A DNA stretch of 64,000 bases from Spartobacteria bacterium (lineage in GTDB: Bacteria > Verrucomicrobiota > Verrucomicrobiia > Chthoniobacterales > UBA10450): positions 1,794 to 65,793 of the forward strand of contig JBDUDM010000001.1 in assembly GCA_040002925.1 (NCBI GenBank). Reading direction: 5' to 3'. Shown here piece after piece: positions 18,219 to 27,678 of the stretch (positions are counted from its first letter, which is position 1; each line of letters opens with the position of its first letter). Position numbers and translations under genes: made by a program. The notes beneath the pieces are model-generated. The model had not been told where the DNA came from and ran no database searches. It was given only the letters and a program-made list of their open reading frames with translations.

Positions 18219-18911
18219 ATGAAAAAATTGTTTAACATCACGAAACGCGAAGTGGCGAACACCTCAGTTTTTAAAGCAGGGCTGGGTCTTCTTGCCGCGG
18301 TTGCACTGGCATCAATCTTTTGGTTTGCCTCGACGCCGCTGGCACAGGCAGCGACGACGACCCCCGCCGAAATGATTCAAAGCAAGCTGCCCGCGAACAT
18401 GACCATCGCGACGTCAACGGACCCGCAACTTCTCGACGCAGTCTGCAAAGCAGTGAAGCAGCATCCGCGGGAAGCTGGACTGATTGTGAGAACCGCGGGA
18501 GGCGCGCGGAAAAGTATTCGTTCGGACATTCTTTGCATGGGGTTGCGTTGCTCGCGTGAAGGCAAAGGCGTTGATTGCACCTGGGTGCTGGATGTCGTTC
18601 GCGAATGGATCAAAACGGATCCGGAGATTGCGAACCAGCTGACCGAATCCGTTTCACAATGCGCGCCTGATTGCCGCGATGCGCTACAGAGCTTGGGCCG
18701 CGATCTCGGCGAAGGAAATTTCGCGAATCCCCCGGCGAACATTAATCCGCCTCCGGGCTCGACCGGCAGCGGAGCCGGTCAGAATCGATGCCTCGTCTGT
18801 CACAACGGACATGAAATTAGTATTCCGTGCGAAGAGGTGGCCAAATATCTGAAGAACCATCCGGGCGATAATGCTGGTCCGTGTCAGCCAACGCCGACCA
18901 CCAACCAGTAA
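18219..18911 (+). CDS. Hypothetical secreted or anchored Cys-rich protein
   Basis: 230 aa with an N-terminal hydrophobic segment and 12 Cys, including CLVCHNGHEISIPC. An SD-like AAGGGGG lies upstream and a terminator downstream. I recognise no family. Confidence 0.55.
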   Translation: MKKLFNITKREVANTSVFKAGLGLLAAVALASIFWFASTPLAQAATTTPAEMIQSKLPANMTIATSTDPQLLDAVCKAVKQHPREAGLIVRTAGGARKSIRSDILCMGLRCSREGKGVDCTWVLDVVREWIKTDPEIANQLTESVSQCAPDCRDALQSLGRDLGEGNFANPPANINPPPGSTGSGAGQNRCLVCHNGHEISIPCEEVAKYLKNHPGDNAGPCQPTPTTNQ

Positions 18912-18934
18912 CCGCCGACTCCTGCTTTTCGAAA

Positions 18935-18968
18935 ATGCCGTTGCGTCTTTTTTCGCAACGGCATTTTT
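18935..18968 (+). terminator. Rho-independent terminator
   Basis: An 11-bp stem ATGCCGTTGCG / CGCAACGGCAT with an 8-nt loop, followed by a T run. Confidence 0.75.
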
Positions 18969-19031
18969 GTTTCGGGCGATGACCGCGCGGAGGTACATGT
19001 CGATCTTGCGCGGACGCAGTGGAGTTTAATC

Positions 19032-20846
19032 GTGAGTAACTCGATGTCGAAGAGTGTCTCACTGCTGGATCGCAGCACCCAGATATTGTGCGCCGCGCTG
19101 GTGGTGATGGCGCTGTGGTCGATCCAGGCACTGATCGGCGGAACACGCTTACTCTTCGCACTGCCGGCGTATGCGCTTTTGGCGATCGGAGGAATCATTA
19201 GCTTGCTCGCGTGGCGTGCGGCCAGACCTGCGCCGTCCCGTGCGTGCTTTTGGAGTGCCGCGATTTTTTTCGGTTACATGTTAGTGCGCGCATTTTTATC
19301 GCCCGCGCCTGATCTGGCGCGATTGGACATCGACGCGGTTCTGGCCGGGTTGGTTTTGTATTTCCTAACCGCGTGCGTTTTGACCTCTGCGAAAATGCGC
19401 ATGTCGATCTTGTCCTGTTTGCTGGCGGCGGCCCTGGTGCATGTGCTGGTGGGCGCGATTCAATTTCGCAGCGGTAACAATTTCATGCCGATTTCGTTTT
19501 TGCAGCGATACGATTATGGCCAGCGCGCGAGCGGGTTTTATGTTTGTCCGAATCACTTAGCGGGGCTGCTCGAGGTGCTGGGGATTTTCGGCGTAAGCCT
19601 GGTCTGTTGGAGTCGCTGGCCGGTGTGGTCGAAACTTCTGATCGGATATGCGGCGGGGGTGTGTTATCTCGGTGTCGCGCTCACCGGAAGCCGCGGTGGG
19701 TATGCCAGCGTCGGGGCGAGTTTGCTCGTTTTCAGCTTGCTGAGCTGGCGGATTTTACGCGCGGCTGGATCGCGGGTGGCGCTACGAGTCGGGGGCGCGG
19801 GATTAGTTGTCGGCGTTCTGATGATCGCCGCGGCGGTGCTCGCTGTTCGTAGTAGCGATTACCTGAACGATCGAACGAAGAAGGTGGGAACAGATAAGAG
19901 CTTTCGCCTCGATCTGTGGCAGGCCGCGATCGAACAATGGAAACTGAGCCCGATCCTGGGCACGGGCAGCCGCACATATTTATTTTACGGCAGAAAATTT
20001 CGCACCGAGCGAATGCAGCTCGATCCGATCTACGCGCACAACGATTATCTACAGCTGCTGGCAGAATATGGAGCGGTCGGAGGGGCGGCGTTTCTTATTT
20101 TTTTTGGCGTGCATTGGCGAAATGGATGGATGAATGGGGCGCGCCTCGGCCCAAAACGCATTGCGGTTTCGCACCGCTTATCGAGCAACGCGATGGCGGT
20201 AAACATCGGCGCATTGAGCGCGCTGGGCGCATACGTGATGCATTCTGCGGTGGACTTTAATCTCCACATCCCGGCCAACATTCTTTTGCTTGCATTCGTG
20301 TTCGGTGTGCTGGCGAATGCCGGCGTCGAGCATGAATCGCCCTCCACATCTCAAGCGCGCCGAGATTTTAGCTGGCGTGGTGTGCTGTTCATTGTGGCGG
20401 TAACACTCGGCATCCAATCGTGGCGCGCCGCGCCGGGAGAATATTTTGCGGAGCAAGCCCGGACCGCTTTGCGGGATTACCGAGTTCTTTCGGCGATCGA
20501 TTCCGCGATGAAAGCTCTGGAGTACGAAAAGCGAAATCCGCTGATTTTCTATTATTTGGGACGCGCGCGGGTGCTAGGGGGCGATGCGCAACCGTCGAAT
20601 GAAGCGGCGGCTTCGTTTTACCGTGCGGCGGCGCCGGCTTTTGAAAGAGCGCGTCAATTGGCGCCTTTGGATGAAACCTACAGCCTCGAGCTAGCGTTTA
20701 CCTACGATTCGCTGAACCGCTTCGCCGAGGCCGAATGGTTGTATGGAGAAGCGCGCGCCATGGACCCAAGATCGACATCGGCAACGAATTACTACACGGA
20801 GCATATCCGCCGATGGAGCGACGGGATGCCCATCTTATCGCCATGA
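19032..20846 (+). CDS. O-antigen ligase / polymerase (Wzy_C)-like membrane protein with C-terminal TPR region
   Basis: 604 aa, multi-TM, LTGSRGGYAS motif and a large periplasmic loop. The C-terminal about 150 aa are TPR-like (YYLGRARVLGGD...). Confidence 0.7.
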   Translation: MSNSMSKSVSLLDRSTQILCAALVVMALWSIQALIGGTRLLFALPAYALLAIGGIISLLAWRAARPAPSRACFWSAAIFFGYMLVRAFLSPAPDLARLDIDAVLAGLVLYFLTACVLTSAKMRMSILSCLLAAALVHVLVGAIQFRSGNNFMPISFLQRYDYGQRASGFYVCPNHLAGLLEVLGIFGVSLVCWSRWPVWSKLLIGYAAGVCYLGVALTGSRGGYASVGASLLVFSLLSWRILRAAGSRVALRVGGAGLVVGVLMIAAAVLAVRSSDYLNDRTKKVGTDKSFRLDLWQAAIEQWKLSPILGTGSRTYLFYGRKFRTERMQLDPIYAHNDYLQLLAEYGAVGGAAFLIFFGVHWRNGWMNGARLGPKRIAVSHRLSSNAMAVNIGALSALGAYVMHSAVDFNLHIPANILLLAFVFGVLANAGVEHESPSTSQARRDFSWRGVLFIVAVTLGIQSWRAAPGEYFAEQARTALRDYRVLSAIDSAMKALEYEKRNPLIFYYLGRARVLGGDAQPSNEAAASFYRAAAPAFERARQLAPLDETYSLELAFTYDSLNRFAEAEWLYGEARAMDPRSTSATNYYTEHIRRWSDGMPILSP

Positions 20847-21012
20847 CTAAGGGCTCCATGTTCGTTTTTATGCACGCATGAACCCCGCCGCAAACGAAAA
20901 AATATTTACGGAAAACGAAAAAAAGACATTGCCTCCTCTGCGACCAGCCTCTAACCTCGAAATCTGTGCTGGGATCGCGTGCGAATAGCAGGGTATTTTT
21001 TCAAAATAAGAC

Positions 21013-22290
21013 ATGACGATTCTTAAAGATCAAAAAGGGCGAATAGCGATTTTTGCGATCGCTTTGGTGGGGATTGTCTCACCCATCGCCTACGGTGGTG
21101 GTGAACCGCTTCCGACGTCGGATGTCTCGGATTCCAAAGTGGTCCCGACTGAAGATCTCGGAACCGGAAACTATTCGCGCTTCCCATTTCACGTCTCTGC
21201 TTCCGTCCGCGGCGGCTACGATGACAACATCACGACGTCGCAGTTTAACCGCCAGGAATCCTGGTTTACCAACGCGGGCGTCGCTCTAACCTACGATTTC
21301 GGCAGCCCCCGGACGCAGTTAAGCCTTCAAGTGGGTGGCGGAGCGACTTACTACTGGGACAATCCAAGCCGCGACGACAGCTTTAACAATCAGGACTATG
21401 ACGTGAATGCGTATGTTAGTTTAACCCTCACGCATAAGGCTTCTCCGAGATTGTCTTTCGCCGCCTCGGTATACGCTACCTACCAAACGGAGCCGGATTT
21501 TACTTTGGCCCTTGGTTTAAATCGGCGCAGCGGCAATTTCTTCTTCACCCAGGATAAGTTCACCGCCACGTATCTTTGGTCGCCACGTTTTGCGACCGCG
21601 ACGAGCTATACCTTTGGCGCCCTCCGCTACGACGACAATAATATCGGATTTTTCGAGGATCGGATTGAAAATACTTTTGGAAACGAATTTAAGTTTCTGC
21701 TGTGGCCGACCACTTCGCTCGTGGCGGAATACCGTTTTCAAATCGTGAATTACGATGAAAACATCGACCGGGATTCGACAACCCATTTCGTCCTCGGCGG
21801 TTTCGATCATAGCTTTAGCCCCCGCTTCAGCGCGTCGTTTCGTGGCGGCGCCGAGTTTCGCGATTACGAAGGCGAAACCAGAGATCAAAGTTCGCCCTAT
21901 TTTGAAGGCACCCTCAACTACGCGCTGGGCAAAGACACCTCTATCTCCTGGACGAATCGTTACGCCATCGAAGAATCGGATGTTCTTATTAATCCGAGCA
22001 GAACGACGTTCCGGACGGGGTTGCGCCTAAAGCACAACTTTACTCAACGGATCTCCATGAACGCAGCGGCCTATTACGAAAACGACGAATACGACGGTGT
22101 CGATACGTCGACGGCGTTCAGTCCTTCTTTCTCAGAAGAGGCGTTCGATGCCGCGGTCAGTCTGCGGTATGCGATCACGCGGCATTTCGCTGTCGAAGCC
22201 GGCTACAACCACACCGAAATTTGGTCCGATATCACCCTGCGCGAGTATTCGCGGAATCGCTACTGGGGCGGACTGAACGTAGTATTCTAG
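21013..22290 (+). CDS. Putative outer-membrane beta-barrel protein of the polysaccharide export locus
   Basis: 425 aa with a signal-like N-terminus, alternating-residue beta-strand pattern rich in Y/F/T/S, and a C-terminal aromatic residue (...GGLNVVF). Confidence 0.5.
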   Translation: MTILKDQKGRIAIFAIALVGIVSPIAYGGGEPLPTSDVSDSKVVPTEDLGTGNYSRFPFHVSASVRGGYDDNITTSQFNRQESWFTNAGVALTYDFGSPRTQLSLQVGGGATYYWDNPSRDDSFNNQDYDVNAYVSLTLTHKASPRLSFAASVYATYQTEPDFTLALGLNRRSGNFFFTQDKFTATYLWSPRFATATSYTFGALRYDDNNIGFFEDRIENTFGNEFKFLLWPTTSLVAEYRFQIVNYDENIDRDSTTHFVLGGFDHSFSPRFSASFRGGAEFRDYEGETRDQSSPYFEGTLNYALGKDTSISWTNRYAIEESDVLINPSRTTFRTGLRLKHNFTQRISMNAAAYYENDEYDGVDTSTAFSPSFSEEAFDAAVSLRYAITRHFAVEAGYNHTEIWSDITLREYSRNRYWGGLNVVF

Positions 22291-22358
22291 CCGCCTAACC
22301 GGCGTTTTACTCGGGCGGATTTTCCGCTACATTTTGCTCCCTTCGAAAGGGACTTGGC

Positions 22359-24497
22359 ATGGCTCAAACGGAAGAAGTTAAGTTACATTTTCTCGATTAC
22401 TGGCGCGTCATTCGTGTGCGCTGGATATTAATCGTTCTTGCCTTTCTTCTGGTCGTCATCACGGCAGCCGTCGTCACCTATTTCCAGCCCCGGGAATTTC
22501 AATCATCCGTCTTCGTTGAAGTCAGGTCCACCGCTGCTAACCCGCGGATTTTCGCGCAGGGCGACCCGAACGTTCCCATTCACGATCCTCAACTCGCCCC
22601 CACCGTCTTCCAGGTCATTCAACGAACCGGTATTCTTTACCCGGTCATCGAGGAACTGAAGCTTCAGGATAAGTGGGGCCGCGATGGAACGCGTCTGTCG
22701 CGCGAGCAAACCTATGCCCGGTTGCGGAGCAAGCTCGATGTCGATGAAGTGCGTAATACCGATCTCTTGCAGATCAGCGTCTACGACACGAATCCGCAAC
22801 TGGCCGCTGACATCGCGAATAAGATCGTGGCGGTGTATCAGGACAAACGCGTGGAAGAGGAAAGAGAGATCCTCAACCGTGCTGTCTCGTCGATGAACGA
22901 GGAGGTTTCGAAGCAGCAGAATAAAGTCGATGAATCCCTCGCTGAGGTCGCTCGCATTCGCGACGAAGAACACATTGTCGATCTTAACCCAGAGGGAACC
23001 GAAGATTCTCAGGCGCCGGTTAACAACATGGTCATTAAGCAGGAAGGCCAGGTCAACGACGCCGAAGCGCAGGTTGCTACCCTATCTTCGAGATTGGACG
23101 AAATCGAGAAGCTGAAAGGCGAGGACCTGACGCGGATGCTCGCGACGCTCAACGTTCAGGACCCCACCATTCAGAAAACGTTGCCTAACTATCAGGACGC
23201 CGTCGCGCAGGAAGCGTTACTGCTCAATTCCGGTCTGGCGGAAAATCATCCCAAGGTGAAGGCCACTCGCGCCACCAAGGAAGTTTATTCGAAACAGCTC
23301 GCGGAGCAGGTGCTCAGTATTCGCAGCGCGCTCGACAAAAATCTAAAAACAGCCCAGGCCACCCGAAACGAACTGCGCAAGCGCCTCGATGAGATCAACG
23401 CCAAGCAGGTCCAGACTAAGAACACCAGCGCGACTTACACACGGGCCAAGAACAAATACATCAAGGAAAAATTGCTCCTCGATGGAATTCGCACGCGTGC
23501 GCAGACCCAGACCATGGAAATGGCGATGCCGCGAATTGCCGTCAGCGTAAAACAGGTGGCTGAACCGCCCAGCTACGCGGCGAGACCGCGCGTCGGTCTT
23601 AATCTAACTCTTGGCGCGCTCGTTGGTCTGGTCGTTGGCCTCGGTCTCGCCTTTTTCATCGAGTATCTCGATACCAGTGTGAAGACGATGGAAGACGTTG
23701 AAAGTCTGCTCGGCGTTCCCGTTCTCGCCATTATCCCACAAGGCATCCGCGTCTTGCATAAGGAAGCGGGCGATTCCCCCGACGCGGAAGCTTATCGAAT
23801 CTTACGCACGAACATTGAGTTCAACCGAAAAAATCCCCAGGCAAACAGCATTTCAATCGTGAGCGGCGGGCCCGGCGAGGGAAAATCGACCACTATCGCC
23901 AACCTCGCTTTCATTTGCGCCCAGGGCGGCTACTCCACTCTGGTTGTCGATGCCGATTTACGTCGACCGGTGCAACACGGTCTTTTCGACGTCCAAAACA
24001 ATATCGGTCTAACGAACTATCTCACCACCGAGATGCAGTTGGACGATGTCATTCTCCCGACCGCGGTGGAGAACTTGTCGATCATGCCCAGCGGTATTTT
24101 ACCATCCGATGCCGTCGGCATTCTGAATTCGCAGCGCATGTCGGACATGGTATCCGAACTGAAACTGCGCTACGACATCGTCTTCTTCGATTCACCGCCC
24201 ATGCTCGGGGTGAGCGACGCTTCCGTTCTGGCGAGCGAAGTCGATCAGACTATCATCGTCGTGCAACATCGGAGATTCCCGCGCGCCATGCTTACCCGGG
24301 TAAAACAGGCGGTGCTCGGAGTCGGCGGCACCGTTCTCGGAGTCGTGTTGAACAATGTCGATCTTAAACACGATCAGAATTACTACTACTACACCAACTA
24401 CTACAGCTATTACCAAGCTCGCGACAAAGAACCGGCCCGCGCCCCCGACGCTGCCGAACCGGCGCGCACGCGCAACGGCAATACGGACGATTACTAA
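22359..24497 (+). CDS. Polysaccharide co-polymerase / tyrosine autokinase (Wzc/GumC-like)
   Basis: 712 aa: an N-terminal Wzz domain with a long coiled coil, a second TM segment, Walker A SGGPGEGKST, and a C-terminal Tyr cluster YYYYTNYYSYY. Confidence 0.85.
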   Translation: MAQTEEVKLHFLDYWRVIRVRWILIVLAFLLVVITAAVVTYFQPREFQSSVFVEVRSTAANPRIFAQGDPNVPIHDPQLAPTVFQVIQRTGILYPVIEELKLQDKWGRDGTRLSREQTYARLRSKLDVDEVRNTDLLQISVYDTNPQLAADIANKIVAVYQDKRVEEEREILNRAVSSMNEEVSKQQNKVDESLAEVARIRDEEHIVDLNPEGTEDSQAPVNNMVIKQEGQVNDAEAQVATLSSRLDEIEKLKGEDLTRMLATLNVQDPTIQKTLPNYQDAVAQEALLLNSGLAENHPKVKATRATKEVYSKQLAEQVLSIRSALDKNLKTAQATRNELRKRLDEINAKQVQTKNTSATYTRAKNKYIKEKLLLDGIRTRAQTQTMEMAMPRIAVSVKQVAEPPSYAARPRVGLNLTLGALVGLVVGLGLAFFIEYLDTSVKTMEDVESLLGVPVLAIIPQGIRVLHKEAGDSPDAEAYRILRTNIEFNRKNPQANSISIVSGGPGEGKSTTIANLAFICAQGGYSTLVVDADLRRPVQHGLFDVQNNIGLTNYLTTEMQLDDVILPTAVENLSIMPSGILPSDAVGILNSQRMSDMVSELKLRYDIVFFDSPPMLGVSDASVLASEVDQTIIVVQHRRFPRAMLTRVKQAVLGVGGTVLGVVLNNVDLKHDQNYYYYTNYYSYYQARDKEPARAPDAAEPARTRNGNTDDY

Positions 24498-25045
24498 TGC
24501 GGGTCTGTTTGTTCCTCTCGATTTTTCTCGCGTTCGCGGCCGGGGCCTTCGGACAGGCGGTTTTGCGCATCGGCGATCCGATTGAGCTGAAGATCGGCGG
24601 AGTGCCAGCCGAAGAGCAGGCGCAGGTCAACAACACCTACACGGTAGACACCGCCGGTTTCATCAACCTCCCTTACATCAACAAAATCAAAGCGGAAGGT
24701 TTGCCGCCCGCGCAGCTCGCGCGTTCCATCGAGGAGATGTACCGGTCGAACAAGATCTACACGAATCCGAACATCACCATTTTGATGCAGCCGGCTTCGC
24801 GTTTCGTGAACGTCGGCGGCTCCGTTCGCACACCCTCGCGGATTCCGTTCACCGAAGACATGACTCTGCTCGCTGCGATTAACGCCGCCGGCGGTTTCAA
24901 CGATTTCGCGGATCAAAAACGCGTGCGTCTTTTGCGCGGCAGCGAGGTGAAGATGTACGATGTGCGGCAATTCCGGCGCGACCCTTCGCAGGATGTGAAA
25001 TTGCAGCCGGGCGACCGCGTCGAAGTTCCGCAGACGTTTTTCTAA
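24497..25045 (+). CDS. Polysaccharide export protein (Wza-like, short form)
   Basis: 182 aa with a signal peptide; IGDPIELKIGGVP...YTVDTAGFINLPYI and an SLBB-like C-terminus (LQPGDRVEVP). The start overlaps the Wzc stop (TAATG). Confidence 0.7.
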   Translation: MRVCLFLSIFLAFAAGAFGQAVLRIGDPIELKIGGVPAEEQAQVNNTYTVDTAGFINLPYINKIKAEGLPPAQLARSIEEMYRSNKIYTNPNITILMQPASRFVNVGGSVRTPSRIPFTEDMTLLAAINAAGGFNDFADQKRVRLLRGSEVKMYDVRQFRRDPSQDVKLQPGDRVEVPQTFF

Positions 25046-25049
25046 CGTC

Positions 25050-25628
25050 TCACTGGTCCGGCGCGATCAATCCGCGATTTCGCCAGGCAAATCCAAGGCC
25101 GGAATAAATCGTCAGGGCGACGGTGATCCAAACCAGAATCGGACCCGCCTGATCCCGCGCCCGCAACCACCATGTCGATCTTTCATCGGCGTAGCGCAAT
25201 TCACTCGCGGCTAGCAACGCCAGAAAGAAAATCACCGTGATGATTTGCCATGATGTTTTTTGCTTTCCGAGTCGCTCCGCCGGCAGCACCCGACCTCTCG
25301 CCGTCGCCATCATGCGCAATCCCGTAATCAAAAAATCCCGCGCCACCACCGCGACCGCGGCCCACGCCGGAATCACCTTCAACGGCACCAGCGAAATGAA
25401 CGCCGCCGCCATCATGATCTTGTCGACCAATGGATCCATCAACTTGCCGAAGTTCGTGACAATGGCATAGCGACGAGCGATTTCGCCGTCCACAAAATCC
25501 GTTAGGCCGGCCACGACGAATAACGCGAGGGCACAGGTCCGGGCGTACTCCCAGGAGGAATTCAGCGCGCCGACGAACAAAAGCGTAAGCAGGAGCCGGC
25601 TTAAGGTCAGGCGATTCGCCCAATTCAC
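25050..25628 (-). CDS. pgsA: CDP-alcohol phosphatidyltransferase (PgsA-like)
   Basis: The DGEIARRYAIVTNFGKLMDPLVDK motif. A GTG start at 25628 overlaps the moaE stop (GTGA). The ORF-track start at 25784 is an over-extension into moaE. Confidence 0.8.
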   Translation of the reverse strand: MNWANRLTLSRLLLTLLFVGALNSSWEYARTCALALFVVAGLTDFVDGEIARRYAIVTNFGKLMDPLVDKIMMAAAFISLVPLKVIPAWAAVAVVARDFLITGLRMMATARGRVLPAERLGKQKTSWQIITVIFFLALLAASELRYADERSTWWLRARDQAGPILVWITVALTIYSGLGFAWRNRGLIAPDQ

Positions 25629-26068
25629 GCCGAAACCTCCGCGACAATCGGCAACGGCAGGCCGGAGGTGTGATTGTCGATCTTGTAACGCACCTGTTTC
25701 CAAATCGGCACACTCTTTTTCAATTCGTCCACCATCCATCGACTCGCATCGAATGCTTCCGCGCGATGCCCACTGCTCACGCAAACAAGCAGCGACGCTT
25801 CACCAGCCGGCACAAAACCAATTCGGTGATGAATCAAAACGGCGCGCAGTGGAGATCGCGCCAACGCGCGTTGCGCAATGGAGAGCAATTGATGCTCTGC
25901 CATGATTTGATGCGCTTCATATTCGATTCCCTCAATCTCGCGGCCATCCTCAAGTTGCCGGACAATTCCTCGGAAAACCACCTCAGCGCCGCAGGCAAGA
26001 TCGACAATCGCCTTTGGTTCTCCGATCGGTTCTTCACTCAGTGATACGTCACAAACTGGGTTTGCCAT
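25625..26068 (-). CDS. moaE: Molybdopterin synthase catalytic subunit
   Basis: VFRGIVRQLEDGREIEGIEYEAH...LIHHRIGFVPAGEASLLVCVSSGHRAEAF...VPIWK. Confidence 0.85.
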   Translation of the reverse strand: MANPVCDVSLSEEPIGEPKAIVDLACGAEVVFRGIVRQLEDGREIEGIEYEAHQIMAEHQLLSIAQRALARSPLRAVLIHHRIGFVPAGEASLLVCVSSGHRAEAFDASRWMVDELKKSVPIWKQVRYKIDNHTSGLPLPIVAEVSA

Positions 26069-26133
26069 GGAGTCGGGATGCTCGCTAGATTGCGGTTCGC
26101 CGTGGGGACGGCGCACCACAGGAGATACTCAAA

Positions 26134-27618
26134 ATGAGCATGAAGCAATGTGATATTGGACTCATCGGTCTCGCCGTGATGGGCGAGAACCTGGTTTTGA
26201 ACATGGTATCCAAGGGATTCTCCGTGGCGGTCTTCAATCGCACGACGGAGGTCACAGATAAATTCGCAGCCGGAAAGGCGAAAGGGAAAAACATTCAGCC
26301 GACGCGCACGATCGAGGAATTCGTTTCCGCACTTAAACGTCCGCGCAAGGCGATGATCATGGTTAAAGCGGGCGCGCCGGTGGACGCGGTGATCGGCCAA
26401 CTTTCGCCGTTGCTGGAAAAAGGCGACGTCATTATCGACGGCGGCAATTCTCTATTCACCGACACCCAGCGGCGCTGCGGCGAGCTTGAACCAAAAGGAA
26501 TTCATTTTGTCGGCATGGGAGTTTCCGGCGGTGAGGAAGGCGCGCTGAAAGGTCCCTCGCTCATGCCCGGTGGCTCGCGCGCATCCTGGGAAATCATTGC
26601 GCCGATCTTCCAGAAAATCGCGGCGCAGGTAGATGGCGAACCGTGTTGCCGATACATGGGCCCCGACGGCGCCGGCCATTACGTGAAGATGGTGCACAAC
26701 GGCATCGAGTACGGTGACATGCAATTGATCTGCGAAGCCTACGCGATTTTAAAAGACGTTGTCGGGATGGATGCGTCGCAGCTCGCCGGCACATTTTCCG
26801 AATGGAATCGCGGTGAGCTCGACAGCTACTTGATCGAAATCACGTCGCAGATTTTTCGGAAGATCGATCCCGACACGGGTAAACCACTTGTCGATGTTAT
26901 CCTCGATAAAGCCGGCCAAAAAGGAACCGGCCTTTGGACGCTGCAATCGGCCATACAAAGATCAGTCGTCATTTCCACGATTAATGCCGCGGTCGAAGCA
27001 CGCGTGATTTCCTCGCGCAAAGACGAACGCGTTGCTTCGTCGAAAATTCTACCGCAGCCGAAGCCGAAAAAATTCGAGGGCGACCGTGGGCAACTCATCG
27101 ACGCCGTTCGCAATGCCCTTTACGCATCGAAGATTGTTTCCTACGCACAGGGAATGGAACTGCTCGGTGCCGCCAGTACCGAATACAAATGGAAGCTGAA
27201 CTTCGGCGACATCGCCACCATTTGGCGGGGCGGTTGCATCATCCGCGCGAAGTTTCTTAATTGCATTGTCGATGCTTACAAGCGGGACGCCGCGCTGCAC
27301 AATCTGCTGCTCAATTCCTATTTTACCGACATTATCGCGAAGACGCAGGACAACTGGCGCGTTGCTGTTTCGACTGCGGTCGAACACGGCGTCGCCGTGC
27401 CGGCCTTTGCCGCTTCGCTCGGTTACTTCGATAGCTATCGGTCCGCGCGATTGACTTCGAATTTGCTCCAAGCCCAGCGCGATTTCTTTGGCGCGCACAC
27501 CTACGAGCGCGTCGACAAGCCGGGCGTGTTTCACACCGAATGGATGGAATCCGAGACGAAGCCGGTGGAGAAACCGGCCGAGGAAAAAACGCCGACGCGA
27601 CGGCATGTTGGCGAGTAG
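26134..27618 (+). CDS. gnd: 6-phosphogluconate dehydrogenase (decarboxylating)
   Basis: 494 aa; IGLIGLAVMGENLVLNM, GMGVSGGEEGA, HYVKMVHNGIEYGDMQLI. Confidence 0.95.
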   Translation: MSMKQCDIGLIGLAVMGENLVLNMVSKGFSVAVFNRTTEVTDKFAAGKAKGKNIQPTRTIEEFVSALKRPRKAMIMVKAGAPVDAVIGQLSPLLEKGDVIIDGGNSLFTDTQRRCGELEPKGIHFVGMGVSGGEEGALKGPSLMPGGSRASWEIIAPIFQKIAAQVDGEPCCRYMGPDGAGHYVKMVHNGIEYGDMQLICEAYAILKDVVGMDASQLAGTFSEWNRGELDSYLIEITSQIFRKIDPDTGKPLVDVILDKAGQKGTGLWTLQSAIQRSVVISTINAAVEARVISSRKDERVASSKILPQPKPKKFEGDRGQLIDAVRNALYASKIVSYAQGMELLGAASTEYKWKLNFGDIATIWRGGCIIRAKFLNCIVDAYKRDAALHNLLLNSYFTDIIAKTQDNWRVAVSTAVEHGVAVPAFAASLGYFDSYRSARLTSNLLQAQRDFFGAHTYERVDKPGVFHTEWMESETKPVEKPAEEKTPTRRHVGE

Positions 27619-27678
27619 AGTGGCGCAACCGTCCCGGTTGCGATCTTTCCCGAACGCAAGCCAGAGGCTCGCGCCACT
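27619..27678. other. Structured inverted repeat in a convergent gap; possible bidirectional terminator or element remnant
   Basis: Outer stem AGTGGCGC (27619-26) / GCGCCACT (27671-78). Inner hairpin GCAACCG-tcc-CGGTTGC. No clean T run. Confidence 0.35.
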